Shown: piece by piece, positions 9,350 to 19,280 of the stretch
Position numbering within the stretch: the stretch's first letter is position 1
Layout of the letters: each line of letters opens with the position of its first letter
Source of the DNA: an uncultured Candidatus Binatia bacterium
GTDB taxonomy: Bacteria; Desulfobacterota; Binatia; Bin18
Reading direction: 5' to 3'
Length of the DNA: 64,000 nt
NCBI GenBank assembly: GCA_965214605.1
Contig: OZ243961.1
Location: 2,720,001 to 2,784,000, forward strand
Program-made: the position numbers and the translations under genes
The notes under the pieces: model-generated
Told to the model about the DNA's origin: nothing
Databases searched by the model: none
What the model saw: only the letters and a program-made list of their open reading frames with translations

Positions 9350-10750
9350 GTGTACGCACACGACACGATAGCGGCGATTGCCACTCCGGCCGGTTCTGGT
9401 GGAGTGGCCATTGTTCGTATCAGCGGCGAGCGGGCCGAAGCCCTCGCCCGAACGGTCTTCCGACCCGGCCAGCCCTGGGAACGCCTCCACTCACACCACC
9501 TCTATCTGGGGCGGGTGACCGATCCGCTGACGGGTCAAACCCTCGACCGGGCGCTGCTGGCGCTGATGCGTGCCCCCCACAGCTATACCGGGGAGGATGT
9601 GGCCGAAATCCAGTGCCACGGCGGTAGCTTTCTCGTCCAGCGGATTTTGGAAGCCGTGCTCCAACACGGGGCACGGCTAGCTCTACCCGGAGAGTTCACC
9701 AAACGGGCCTTCCTGAACGGTCGGCTTGATCTGTCTCAGGCCGAGGCAGTCCTTGACCTGATAGAGGCCAAGAGTGCAGCGAGTCTCCGGCTGGCCTGGG
9801 AACAGGTGTCGGGTCGTTTATCCGAACAGTGCGGGCGACTCCGCGAGCGACTGCTCGGCCTCTCCGCTCACATTGAGGCATTTCTCGATTTTCCAGAAGA
9901 GGACATTCCGGCCCGCACCCAAGACGAGTTCTGCTGTGACCTGTCCGAGCTGATTGCTGTGGTCGGCCGACTGCACGCGAGCTTCGCCCAGGGCAAGGTC
10001 TATCGAGACGGGGTGCGGACGGTCATCGTTGGCAAGCCCAACGTCGGCAAGTCCAGCCTGTTGAATGCCCTGACCGGGACGGACCGGGCGATTATTACAC
10101 CGGTGCCGGGCACCACGCGTGATACGCTAGAGGAAACAGTCACTATTGATGATGTACCGTTGGTCGTCTGGGACACGGCCGGCCTCCGCGCTGGGCGGGA
10201 CGAGGTGGAGCGGCTAGGTATCGAACGAACACGGAGCGGGATCAGCCAAGCCGAGTTGGTGCTGGCTGTGTTTGACGCCAGCCGGTCTTTTGATGCCGAA
10301 GACACAATAGTGTGTGAGTCCGTCAGCGGCAAGCGGATAGTCCCCATTCTCAATAAGAGCGATCTGCCGACCGAGATGACCGCCGCCGAGCTTGAGACGC
10401 GGCTGGGGGCCGGACCACCGGTCGTCATCTCGGCCCAAAACGGCAGTGGCTTGGACCGTTTGGCAAACACAATCACCGCCCTGATTTTCGGCTCTTGTTC
10501 GGCCGGACAAAACGGGCTGATGGAAGATGGAGGCGGCGTTGTTGTCACCCGCCTCCGCCACCGAGACGCGTTGAGAAAAGCCGAGCGGTATCTTACAGCT
10601 GCCCTTGAGAGTCTAAGCACCGGACTCCCGCTCGACCTAGTGGCCGTGGACCTGCGAGCAGCTCTGGATCAGATTGGAGAAATCACCGGCGAGGTGAGCA
10701 GTGAGGATATTCTGGACCGCATCTTTGGTGAATTTTGCATTGGGAAATAA
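9350..10750 (+). CDS. mnmE: tRNA modification GTPase MnmE
   Basis: [34 protein letters not shown]-terminal FCIGK. Confidence 0.97.
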   Translation: MYAHDTIAAIATPAGSGGVAIVRISGERAEALARTVFRPGQPWERLHSHHLYLGRVTDPLTGQTLDRALLALMRAPHSYTGEDVAEIQCHGGSFLVQRILEAVLQHGARLALPGEFTKRAFLNGRLDLSQAEAVLDLIEAKSAASLRLAWEQVSGRLSEQCGRLRERLLGLSAHIEAFLDFPEEDIPARTQDEFCCDLSELIAVVGRLHASFAQGKVYRDGVRTVIVGKPNVGKSSLLNALTGTDRAIITPVPGTTRDTLEETVTIDDVPLVVWDTAGLRAGRDEVERLGIERTRSGISQAELVLAVFDASRSFDAEDTIVCESVSGKRIVPILNKSDLPTEMTAAELETRLGAGPPVVISAQNGSGLDRLANTITALIFGSCSAGQNGLMEDGGGVVVTRLRHRDALRKAERYLTAALESLSTGLPLDLVAVDLRAALDQIGEITGEVSSEDILDRIFGEFCIGK

Positions 10751-10764
10751 GTCGGAAATCCGTC

Positions 10765-12639
10765 ATGGACTATGATGTTATCGTCGTTGGTGCTGGTCAC
10801 GCTGGGATTGAGGCGGCGCTTGCCAGCGCCCGTTTAGGGGCAAAAACGCTGATGTTGACGCTCAACCTCGACCACGTTGGACAGATGTCGTGTAATCCCG
10901 CTATTGGGGGGATCGGCAAGAGTCACCTGGTCCGGGAGATTGACGCACTGGGCGGCGAAATGGCCAAGGCTATCGACGAGACGGGTATCCAGTTCCGGGT
11001 GCTCAACACGCGAAAAGGGCCGGCGGTGAGAGCGACCCGGGCCCAGGCCGATAAGGCCCTCTACCGTCAACGCATGAAGCGGCGGGTGGAAAGTACATCG
11101 TCTCTCACCCTGCGTCAGGGTAGCGCAGAGCGCCTGCTCGTCGAAGACGGTCAGGTACGGGGCATAGAGACCCAGATCGGCGAGATTTTTTCGGCTCACA
11201 AGATTATTCTGACGACCGGGACCTTTCTCAAGGGTCTGATTCACGTCGGGCCGAAGCATTACGCCGCCGGTCGGGCGGGAGATTTTTCGGTCGAGGGGCT
11301 GAGCGACCACCTGGCCGTGCTCGGCTTTCAGCTCGGTCGCCTAAAAACCGGAACCTGTCCCCGCCTCGACAGCCGGACGATTGATTACCGCCGGCTTGAG
11401 CCCCAATACGGCGACGAACCGCCGCCGCCGCTCTCGTTCTCAACCGAGACGATCCGGCAGAGTCAAATTCCCTGCCATCTGACCTACACCAATCGGCAAA
11501 CGCACGCGGCTATCCGCGCCGGTTTAGACCGTTCTCCCATGTACTCGGGCGCCATTCAGGGCCGGGGACCGCGCTATTGCCCGTCTATTGAAGATAAGAT
11601 TGTCCGTTTTCAAGACAAGCCGCGCCATCAAATTTTTCTGGAACCCGAGGGCCGGGAGACCGTCGAGGTCTATCCCAATGGGCTGTCCACTAGCCTACCG
11701 CTCGATGTGCAGCTGCACATGGTCCGCTCTATACACGGTCTGGAAGAGGCGGACATTATGCGGCCCGGCTATGCGATTGAGTATGATTATGCCGACCCAA
11801 CCCAACTTTTCCCGAGTTTAGAGACGAAACTGGTATCCGGACTGTATTTCGCCGGCCAGATTAACGGGACGACCGGCTACGAAGAGGCGGCCGCTCAGGG
11901 GTTGATGGCCGGTATCAACGCGGTTTTGAGCCTGAGGAGTGAGGCTCCCCTTATTCTGGGCCGAGATCAAGCCTATATCGGGGTCTTAATAGACGATTTG
12001 GTGACCAAAGGGGTGGGTGGAGAGCCGTATCGCATGTTTACCTCGCGAGCCGAACATCGACTGCTGTTGCGTGAGGATAATGCCGACCTCAGACTGCGTG
12101 AGTACGGGTATCGGGTTGGTCTTGTTGACGCGGCCGCAGCGCAGCGCACACAAGACAAAAAAGCCGCGATTGCCGCCGAAATCCAACGTCATGAAAAGAC
12201 GATGGTCGTCCCAAGCGATGCACTGAATGCGAAATTAGCCGATGTGGACACTCCTCCCATCAAAAATCCCGTGTCGTTGGCCCAACTGCTGCGTCGGCCC
12301 CAACTGTCCTACGCTGTCCTGGCCGATCTGATCCCTGCCCCTCAGGCGTATTCCCGTGAGGTCGGCGCAGAGGTTGAGGTCACGGTCAAGTACGCCGGAT
12401 ATATCCGGCGCCAGGAGGAGGGGGTCGCCCGGCTGCGTCATCTTGAACACACCAGGATCCCGGACAACCTGAACTATATCGGTGTGAGTGGGCTGTCGGC
12501 CGAAATCCAGGAAAAGCTGAGCACCTTGCGTCCTCGTTCGCTGGGTCAGGCGGCCCGCATTCCGGGCATCACCCCGGCAGCCCTGTCGTTGTTGGCCATT
12601 CATCTGAAAAAGGGAAACCTCCGGACCCAAACGGCCTGA
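10765..12639 (+). CDS. mnmG: tRNA uridine 5-carboxymethylaminomethyl modification enzyme MnmG
   Basis: [48 protein letters not shown]. Confidence 0.97.
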   Translation: MDYDVIVVGAGHAGIEAALASARLGAKTLMLTLNLDHVGQMSCNPAIGGIGKSHLVREIDALGGEMAKAIDETGIQFRVLNTRKGPAVRATRAQADKALYRQRMKRRVESTSSLTLRQGSAERLLVEDGQVRGIETQIGEIFSAHKIILTTGTFLKGLIHVGPKHYAAGRAGDFSVEGLSDHLAVLGFQLGRLKTGTCPRLDSRTIDYRRLEPQYGDEPPPPLSFSTETIRQSQIPCHLTYTNRQTHAAIRAGLDRSPMYSGAIQGRGPRYCPSIEDKIVRFQDKPRHQIFLEPEGRETVEVYPNGLSTSLPLDVQLHMVRSIHGLEEADIMRPGYAIEYDYADPTQLFPSLETKLVSGLYFAGQINGTTGYEEAAAQGLMAGINAVLSLRSEAPLILGRDQAYIGVLIDDLVTKGVGGEPYRMFTSRAEHRLLLREDNADLRLREYGYRVGLVDAAAAQRTQDKKAAIAAEIQRHEKTMVVPSDALNAKLADVDTPPIKNPVSLAQLLRRPQLSYAVLADLIPAPQAYSREVGAEVEVTVKYAGYIRRQEEGVARLRHLEHTRIPDNLNYIGVSGLSAEIQEKLSTLRPRSLGQAARIPGITPAALSLLAIHLKKGNLRTQTA

Positions 12640-12686
12640 GTATCCGTATGCTCCTCAATCAAGCCTGCCCGCATAGCATCAGGTGA

Positions 12687-13379
12687 ATGATGAGGCGTGC
12701 CTCTCATCAGGAAGAGAGTAGCGTCCACCTGTTGAGCCAAGGGGCGGTCCGCCTGGCCATGCCCTTATCTCGGACGACCCTTGAGCGTTTGTGTGTCTAC
12801 CTCGAGGAGCTGCAGCGCTGGAGTCGGATCGTCAATCTGGTCGCTTCCCCCAACCCCCGAACCGTCATCCGTAAACACCTGCTGGATTGCTTAGCCCTGG
12901 TCTCCCGACTCGCTTGTGAGGGGCGTCTAGTCGACCTTGGCAGTGGAGCCGGCTTTCCGGGTTTAGTTCTCGCTATAGCCGACCCCAATCGGCCGATTGA
13001 TCTTATTGAAGCCCGCAGGAAACGGGTCCATTTCCTCAAAGCGGTGGTCAGAAGGCTGGAGCTGAGGAATGTGACGGTGTATGAGGGCAGAGCAGAAGCT
13101 TTGCTTTACCAGGAGCGGTTTCGAGCCGCGTACCGGATCGCCGTGTCGCGGGCGACCTGGAAACTGGAGCCATTTTTATCACTCGCCCAGGGTTTTATCG
13201 ATTGCAACGGCTGGGCGATGGCGATGAAGGGGCCTGGTGTAGAGGACGAGTTGCGCGATGTCCAGGCTCGGGTGGGTCCGTTCGTCCTTCACACCCGCTA
13301 CGACTATACTCTCCCGTTTGGAACAGAGAGCCGGACCCTGCTCTCCTTTGCCAAACGGAATCAGTCGTTGGGGATTTGA
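12687..13379 (+). CDS. rsmG: 16S rRNA m7G527 methyltransferase RsmG
   Basis: KHLLDCL, DLGSGAGFPG, GRAE, VSRA; synteny with mnmG. Confidence 0.93.
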   Translation: MMRRASHQEESSVHLLSQGAVRLAMPLSRTTLERLCVYLEELQRWSRIVNLVASPNPRTVIRKHLLDCLALVSRLACEGRLVDLGSGAGFPGLVLAIADPNRPIDLIEARRKRVHFLKAVVRRLELRNVTVYEGRAEALLYQERFRAAYRIAVSRATWKLEPFLSLAQGFIDCNGWAMAMKGPGVEDELRDVQARVGPFVLHTRYDYTLPFGTESRTLLSFAKRNQSLGI

Positions 13380-14728
13380 CGTAGCGGCGGTATTGCTGAT
13401 GTCGAATGCCAAGACAAGCCTATCAAGTTGCCGGCTCAGCCGTGACCGTGAGCGGAATGAGAAATCTGTCTAGTCCATGCGGCAACGTATCCGGGCTGCC
13501 ATGACCACCGACTCGTCTTGTACGTTGAAGCAGGCGGGCCCTCTGTTGGCGACACGCCCCGGCCGGACGAAAAACAAAGACGATCATACCTCCTAGGGCG
13601 CGGGCCTAAAAACTGCGCTTATCAGCGCAGGTGAGCGCAGCGGGTCTCTCGGCTAAGGGTGCCAAGAACCTGAGAGGCAGCAAAGGCATGGTGATGTTTT
13701 TCAAAGAGGCTGTCGCCCTAGAAGGCTCTTTCCTGATGAGGAATCCTTTTCCGGTACCCAGATGAATCACCGGGCGTTGCTTAAGACTTCAGCCGGGCGG
13801 CAAAACCAGCGGTACGTAGGTGACACGGTTTTTGTGACCGCGTCTCGCACTTGAATCTGACCATGCAGCGTCTGCTCGAAGCTCTTCGATCAATTGCTGC
13901 ACTTTCTCTTTTACAGGTATGCTTCTCACGGCTACTCATACCATTTTTCCGCTTAACGGTTCTGGGTTCTCCCAGGGATATAACTCCTGTGACTTATTTC
14001 CTGAACAGGCGCGGCATTTCCGCCACATTTGCAATATTTGCAATAAAGGCTACGTTCCTGCTCTAGTTTCTTCCCTGCCATACTCTTTCCTAACGTCCTT
14101 GGCTTTATCGCAGCTGTCGTGGGTCAGCAGAACCCCAGCTGAGGGACACCGCGCCCAGCATCACCGTCCCCTTCTGGCTGTCGCGTTCCAGTTTTGGGAT
14201 GTGCGGCCGCACGAGTATTCGTCCGGCCTTCGCCGGCGTCTCGCCCGCTCCTCGGCCGGCACCGTCGCAAAGTGGCTCTGCATTGTGCAGGCTAGGCTGA
14301 TTGTGGCCCCGTAGCCGACTGCTTTTCTTTAGAGAAAAGTGGTGCTGAGCTCCCCGGTTTTCATGCCCCGAACAACGCACAGCCGCCCTTTAGCGCATCA
14401 CCGAACTCCGGGCGGCTAGGTATAGCCTCGGTAAAACTCCCGACTGTTCTTTCTCAGTCGTCTCGGCGTATCTGAATCGCTTCTTCGCCGGCCTTCGCCG
14501 GTTTCGCTCTGGGCGTACCGCTCTTTCCTGTTTGACCCGGACAGATCATAACACTGCACGATTGAAGACAGACAGCGGTGGTGGGTCCGGGTCGTGGTTT
14601 GGTCGAGTTGGGAACAGCGGGGCGTGTCCCCCCCTCCCCCCAGAGTACCCGGCTCGAGATGTCGGATGTAATCGGCTTGGGGAGAAAATTGCCGAAAAAT
14701 CTACATCTACATAGGGACCGAGGTATGG

Positions 14729-15082
14729 CTACGTGGTGCGCCGTAACAGCTCGGCCAAGACTTGGCTCTGTCGTTCGAGCGCTTCGCCATGCCGTTCGAG
14801 CGCTTGGCTCTGTCGCTCGAGCGCTTCGCCATGCCGTTCGAGCGCTTGGCTCTGTCGCTCCAGCATCTGCCCCAACGCCTCGCCCTGTCGCTCGAACGCC
14901 TGCCCCTGCCGTTGGAACGCGGCGGCTAGCTCATCAATTTCTCGATCGCGCCGGCGGCCGGCCTTCTTCATCTGGAACAAGCCCCCAACAATGCATCCCA
15001 AGCCTATTATGCTGGCGATAGCCTGAATGATCTGGACCTGATCTGAGATCGACAATACGATGAATTGGTAGAGAGGATCCAT
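14729..15082 (-). CDS. Hypothetical single-TM membrane protein with heptad-repeat coiled coil
   Basis: SD GAAGAAGG before ATG 15082; hydrophobic segment IIQAIASIIGLGCIVGGLF followed by ERQSQAL/ERHGEAL repeats. Confidence 0.65.
   Translation of the reverse strand: MDPLYQFIVLSISDQVQIIQAIASIIGLGCIVGGLFQMKKAGRRRDREIDELAAAFQRQGQAFERQGEALGQMLERQSQALERHGEALERQSQALERHGEALERQSQVLAELLRRTT
14761..14864. repeat. In-frame tandem repeat, ~2.5 x 42 bp (21 bp subunits)
   Basis: CTTGGCTCTGTCG(T/C)TCGAGCGCTTCGCCATGCCGTTCGAGCG at 14761 and 14803, partial at 14845. Confidence 0.9.
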
Positions 15083-15287
15083 GTCTGAACCTTCTTCCGG
15101 CAAGTTGGCTCTCCCGGCCAGTAAAAATAGAGGCTCCTCAGTCAAGGGCGGTGGTCTTTTGCCGGATGCGGGTGCCTAACTCTTTGACTGTGGATACTTG
15201 TTGCGGCGCTGGTACAGGTAAGAGCGAAGGCAAATCGTATCTAGAGCACGGAGAAGGAAAAAACGGCCCGCGCCAGGGACCTCACGG

Positions 15288-16088
15288 CTACTCGGTGGAC
15301 GCAGCTGCACGGTTGCGTTGTTGCTTCCGTCTCATGTCCATCTCCCTTCTCTCGTCACGTGTCACCGCCCACATGACCGCTAGGGCTGCGCGGCAGTCCC
15401 CGAGCGCGGTATGTGCCTCGTGCTCCGGCACTCCCTCACGCTCGACGGCATCGACCAGCCGATGGCGACCGCCGGACCGCAGCTCTCGGTAGTCCTCCAA
15501 TAGGTCATGCCACTTAATCTCCGGCAGCATCAGCTCGTGGCGCTCGGCAGTCTGCGCCAACAGCCTCGAATCGAAGGGCGCGTTCCAGGCGAGCACCATG
15601 GCCGCTTTGGAGAGCACGGCCGCAACCTCGGCATGCACCTCGGGCCACGGCTGTGCCCCGGCCTCTCGCAGCCGAACTCGGGACCAGCCGTTCACCTCGG
15701 CCGCCTTGGCCGAGATCCGCCCCGCCGGCAGACTCAGGACGTGCAGGACCTCCCGCCCCGTGGTGTCGAGAATTGCGAGCTCAATGACCTCCGCTCGCGT
15801 ACCCAGGCCGGTCGTCTCGGTATCAAGAATGAACACGTCGGAGCGATTGAGCAGGCTACGCCACCACTCGCGCGGGTGCGCTTGTTGGCGCACCCGCAGG
15901 CGCCGCACGATGAACCATATCACCAGTAGCACAGCGAGGACGGTAAGCAGCACCCCACCGTAAGTCTCCCATACTGCGGACAGCCACTCCATTGCCAGCC
16001 CCACGGCGATAATGATAACCACTAAGACACCCAGCGGCCCGAACATCATGGACAGCAAGTCTTTTACTACGCGTGTGTCCTTGTCCAT
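15288..16088 (-). CDS. DEDDh (DnaQ-like) 3'-5' exonuclease with N-terminal transmembrane segments
   Basis: ExoI LDTETTG, ExoII WNAPFD, ExoIII HTALGD; two hydrophobic stretches in the first ~60 aa; SD GGGAG before ATG 16088. Confidence 0.85.
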   Translation of the reverse strand: MDKDTRVVKDLLSMMFGPLGVLVVIIIAVGLAMEWLSAVWETYGGVLLTVLAVLLVIWFIVRRLRVRQQAHPREWWRSLLNRSDVFILDTETTGLGTRAEVIELAILDTTGREVLHVLSLPAGRISAKAAEVNGWSRVRLREAGAQPWPEVHAEVAAVLSKAAMVLAWNAPFDSRLLAQTAERHELMLPEIKWHDLLEDYRELRSGGRHRLVDAVEREGVPEHEAHTALGDCRAALAVMWAVTRDERREMDMRRKQQRNRAAASTE

Positions 16089-16093
16089 GTCTT

Positions 16094-16175
16094 GTCTCCC
16101 TTCTCTTATCACGTGTCATCGCCCGCATGACCGCTAGGGCCGCGGCAGTCCCCGATAGCCGTATGCGCTCGCCTT
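16094..16175 (-). pseudogene. Relic 3' end of a second exonuclease copy (direct repeat of ~15340-15420)
   Basis: TCTCCCTTCTCT..TCACGTGTCA.CGCCC.CATGACCGCTAGGGC..CGGCAGTCCCCGA shared by both copies; encodes AHTAIGDCR / AALAVMRAMTRD. Confidence 0.75.
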
Positions 16176-16393
16176 GTGCTGTCGCACGGCGAAGATGGTG
16201 AGCAGCGCCTCGACACTCATCGTTCCGCCTCCAAGGCTGGGGCGACGTTGGATGGAGCTGCCGTCCTCCCTGCCGCGGGAGCATCCGGCTCCTGGTCACG
16301 TTGCCTTTCGATTCAAAGCTGGCCAGACCGGTGAAAAATGTAGCTTCGATATAATAAAGATTAGGAGCCGCGGCAATGAGTTCCAAGACGGCG

Positions 16394-16670
16394 ATGACCG
16401 AAGTTCTCCATTACACCAATGCTGACGGACGAGATTTGATTGCAGCCTGACTGAGCAGCCTGCGAGATCAGCAGGCCGTGGCACGGATTGCGGCCTGGAT
16501 TGAACGCCTTGAACTTGGTTTACTAGGGGACTGTTAAGCGGTGAAAGGTGGGGGTATGGAACTCCCCATTGATTATGGCCCTGGGTGGCGTGTCTATTTT
16601 GCCACGATACAGAAGAGCGTCATTGTGTTGCTAGGTGGTACCAAAGGGACGCAACAGTGCGGCAGCGAGG
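16394..16670 (+). pseudogene. Addiction module killer protein (RelE/HigB-like, HI1419 type) with two in-frame stops
   Basis: MTEVLHYTNADGRDLIAA*LSSLRDQQAVARIAAWIERLELGLLGDC*AVKGGGMELPIDYGPGWRVYF..LLGGTKGTQQ; stops at 16448 (TGA) and 16535 (TAA). Confidence 0.85.
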
Positions 16671-16735
16671 GCGCGGTTGAAGAACTGGCGGGCAAGACCG
16701 TGCCGCCCTATGGGTCAGCTGGAAGTGACAAGAGC

Positions 16736-16999
16736 ATGAAAAAGGTGAAGCACGACGAGGGGCTGCGGGAACAGCTCAAAGACCCGGGTTTCAGCACTGA
16801 GTATCTAACGGCAGCGGTAGAGGACGCAGAGCCGGCCGTCTTCCTGCAAGCGCTGCGGAAAGTCGCTGAGGCGCAAGGCATGGCGGCGGTCGCCAAACGG
16901 GCGGGGATTCCCCGGGAACGTCTCTACCGTATACTATCGGCCAAAGGTAATCCGCGGTGGGCAACACTTGCCCCGGTCGTTCGTGCGAGACAGAATTGA
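16736..16999 (+). CDS. Addiction module antidote protein (HI1420-type HTH), C-terminus probably frameshifted
   Basis: EYLTAAVED..FLQALRKVAEAQGMAAVAKRAGIPRERLYRILSAKGNPRWATL; the expected LKLAV tail continues in another frame. Confidence 0.8.
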   Translation: MKKVKHDEGLREQLKDPGFSTEYLTAAVEDAEPAVFLQALRKVAEAQGMAAVAKRAGIPRERLYRILSAKGNPRWATLAPVVRARQN

Positions 17000-17359
17000 A
17001 GCTGGCCGTGCTTCGCCCGGCGTGAACCACGGCCAGTCGCGACGGCGTGGAAGCTCTCTGCTATGAGCCCGATACCTGGCGTGCGGCGCAGGTGCGCAAT
17101 GGCGGCGGGATTGAGGGCAAGAGACCCGCTACGGATGATGAAGGGGAAACCGTCAAGCAGGGAGGCGGTCAAACGCTGGATTGATAAAGAGATGAAAGGC
17201 CGGTCGTGTTGGTCGGGACTCACACCGCTGTCCGTCCGTGGATCCCCTCCGAGATTCGCAAGTCGTGGGCGGTATCAGCGAGGACGATCTCACCGCCCGC
17301 CGGTCGCCCTCGGCGACTGATGAGCGGGACCGGGGCGGCGCACTGATGCCCCCATCTCC

Positions 17360-18682
17360 TCAGCGCCGGCCGCTGACCATGTTGCGCAGCGAATAGAACT
17401 GCTTGGCACGCCCCGGCGAGAAGGTCCGCTTCAGCACATAACAGTGCGTGTAGGTCGCGTGCGGCTTCTTGGCGTTGATGCTCGTCTCGCCCACATGAAG
17501 AAAGACCTGGTGACCGACATTCTTGGAGAAGTCCTGCTCCAGATACGGGGCCTGCCGGGCAGGCTCCTCGGCATAACTCTCCGAGTATTTCAGAAAGTGT
17601 TGACTCAGCCGCAGGAGCTTGTCGTCCCGCCGGTCAAAAGCCACCATCCAGTGCGTCCAGTAGGTTTCGGTGTCAATAAACACGATCTTGTGGCTGTACG
17701 GATGGGTCTCGCTCTTCGGGTCAATCTGCAGGACGTGGGTGTCGCGCACCTCCCAGCGGGCCTTGTGCGGCACCCACAGATGGGGCCCACCCGCCTCTGG
17801 GTTGGTGGCCACATTGATGGTCGCCAGCACCGGCTTGCGGCCCAAATAGGTCCACTCCTGTTCATAAATTTTGCCGCCAAACCCCATCATGTCTTCCGGG
17901 GTAAAATCCATCCCCATCATCTCGCTAGTGCGCTCCGAGGCCAGGGTGCGGCGCGGCTTGCGCTGCGCCGGCAGATAGGTCCAGCCGCTGTCTTCTTTGT
18001 AGTGATCGACATAGGTGATGGACAGGTTCTTGGCCCCCGTCATATCCCGCGGGGACCGGAACTCCATCAAGGACTTCCGGCGCACCTCTTCATACCCCGG
18101 CACCAGACAGTGCGTCCCCCGCGCATACTCGGCATTGACCGCGGTAAACTCGAACTCCCGATCCAGCTGGCCGTATTCGCTCCGCGACCAGGCCACCATC
18201 GGCATCATATAATCATCCTGCCCGGGCCGCCACAGCATATTCCAGATGACCTTGAGCGCGATCTGCGGATCAGCAGGGGCAATATCTGGAAACGGAAACC
18301 CGCCGCCCTGAAAATCCACCAGCACCCCCTGCGCATCCAGCGCATAGCCGGGTACGACCTGGTGGCCCCACTCCGGCGGCGGCGGATAGTCGCCCGTGGC
18401 GGCGATCTCCATCTCCATGGCCTCAAAGAAGTAATACGCCCAGGCCGACTGGGGGATGAACGGCTCCAGCGCGTGGCGGTCTTGGAAGCCCAGGGTGTGG
18501 CCGGGCTCAAACGTCGCCGGGGCTTCCCGGTAGTGTTCGAGCCAATTCACCAGGGCCTGATAGCTCTGATCTGCCGCGCCACGGGCCGGAGCGGGTGCCG
18601 CCCACGTGTCCGCCAGGATGAGAGCGACACACAGCCCGACTAGGCGCACGACGGAAGGTTGGTGTCTTCGTATTCTGCGCAT
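17360..18682 (-). CDS. DUF1329 domain exported protein (lipoprotein-sorting-like fold)
   Basis: SD AGGAGG, signal peptide, GFPFPDI..KVIWN, WTYLPAQRKPRR, HPYSHKIVFIDTET. Confidence 0.8.
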   Translation of the reverse strand: MRRIRRHQPSVVRLVGLCVALILADTWAAPAPARGAADQSYQALVNWLEHYREAPATFEPGHTLGFQDRHALEPFIPQSAWAYYFFEAMEMEIAATGDYPPPPEWGHQVVPGYALDAQGVLVDFQGGGFPFPDIAPADPQIALKVIWNMLWRPGQDDYMMPMVAWSRSEYGQLDREFEFTAVNAEYARGTHCLVPGYEEVRRKSLMEFRSPRDMTGAKNLSITYVDHYKEDSGWTYLPAQRKPRRTLASERTSEMMGMDFTPEDMMGFGGKIYEQEWTYLGRKPVLATINVATNPEAGGPHLWVPHKARWEVRDTHVLQIDPKSETHPYSHKIVFIDTETYWTHWMVAFDRRDDKLLRLSQHFLKYSESYAEEPARQAPYLEQDFSKNVGHQVFLHVGETSINAKKPHATYTHCYVLKRTFSPGRAKQFYSLRNMVSGRR

Positions 18683-19180
18683 ACGTTCCTCCTTGCAAAA
18701 CATCCGAGAATAACTGATAACTTAGCAAGCCAGAGGGAGGAAGAATAGGCCGGTGTGAGGAGGCGAGGCCGGGACTCCGAGTCGGAGAGCGGGCCGGGTG
18801 AGTGAAATATGTAGGTGTTTGAATGGTCAGGCTTTTCAGTCTGCTCTCCTCCCAATTTCATCAAGCGAAACCTCATCGCGCAAGCGTTGCGGCCATCTCC
18901 ATTCTGCCACCGTTCCGCAGCTACGCGGTCATGTCGCCTCCTTTCCCGTAGCCTTACCAATAATGTCGCTGGTGTCGTCGAGCAGGCTGCGCGTCTCAGT
19001 TGCTGTCAACCGGACGGCGACTAAGATCAATCAGTTCGCGCGTTTCACACTCCGGGCTGTAGCAAAAAACAGTGAGCGGACAAGCCAGAGCGCCAGGCGG
19101 CTTCCTGCTTACCGGACGAGCCAAGGTAGCTGCACACAAGAGACAAGAGGGACAGATGACAAATCCCATTAGCTGCTTGA

Positions 19181-19196
19181 TGTTCAACGTGAAACA
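19181..19196. promoter_or_regulatory. parS site 1
   Basis: TGTTCAACGTGAAACA, 1 mismatch to TGTTNCACGTGAAACA. Confidence 0.8.
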
Positions 19197-19211
19197 ATAC
19201 CGAAGCGAAAA

Positions 19212-19227
19212 TGTTTCACATGAAACA
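19212..19227. promoter_or_regulatory. parS site 2
   Basis: TGTTTCACATGAAACA, 1 mismatch to consensus, just upstream of parA. Confidence 0.85.
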
Positions 19228-19251
19228 TTTGCCAGTCCAAGCGCTGTTTTT

Positions 19252-19260
19252 TGTGGAAAA
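19252..19260. promoter_or_regulatory. DnaA box
   Basis: TGTGGAAAA (reverse complement TTTTCCACA fits TTWTNCACA). Confidence 0.4.
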
Positions 19261-19280
19261 CGTATGCTAGGAAATCCGCA

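Noticed and set aside
14761-14864. CRISPR-like array
   Set aside because: Units are contiguous with no unique spacers, lie in frame within an ORF, and no cas genes are present.
16541-16999. 152 aa ORF as a novel toxin-antitoxin fusion protein
   Set aside because: Explained as decay of a killer/antidote pair; the toxin N-half is cut off by stops.
17444-18643. 399 aa + strand ORF
   Set aside because: Antisense shadow of the high-GC3 DUF1329 gene; no recognisable motifs.
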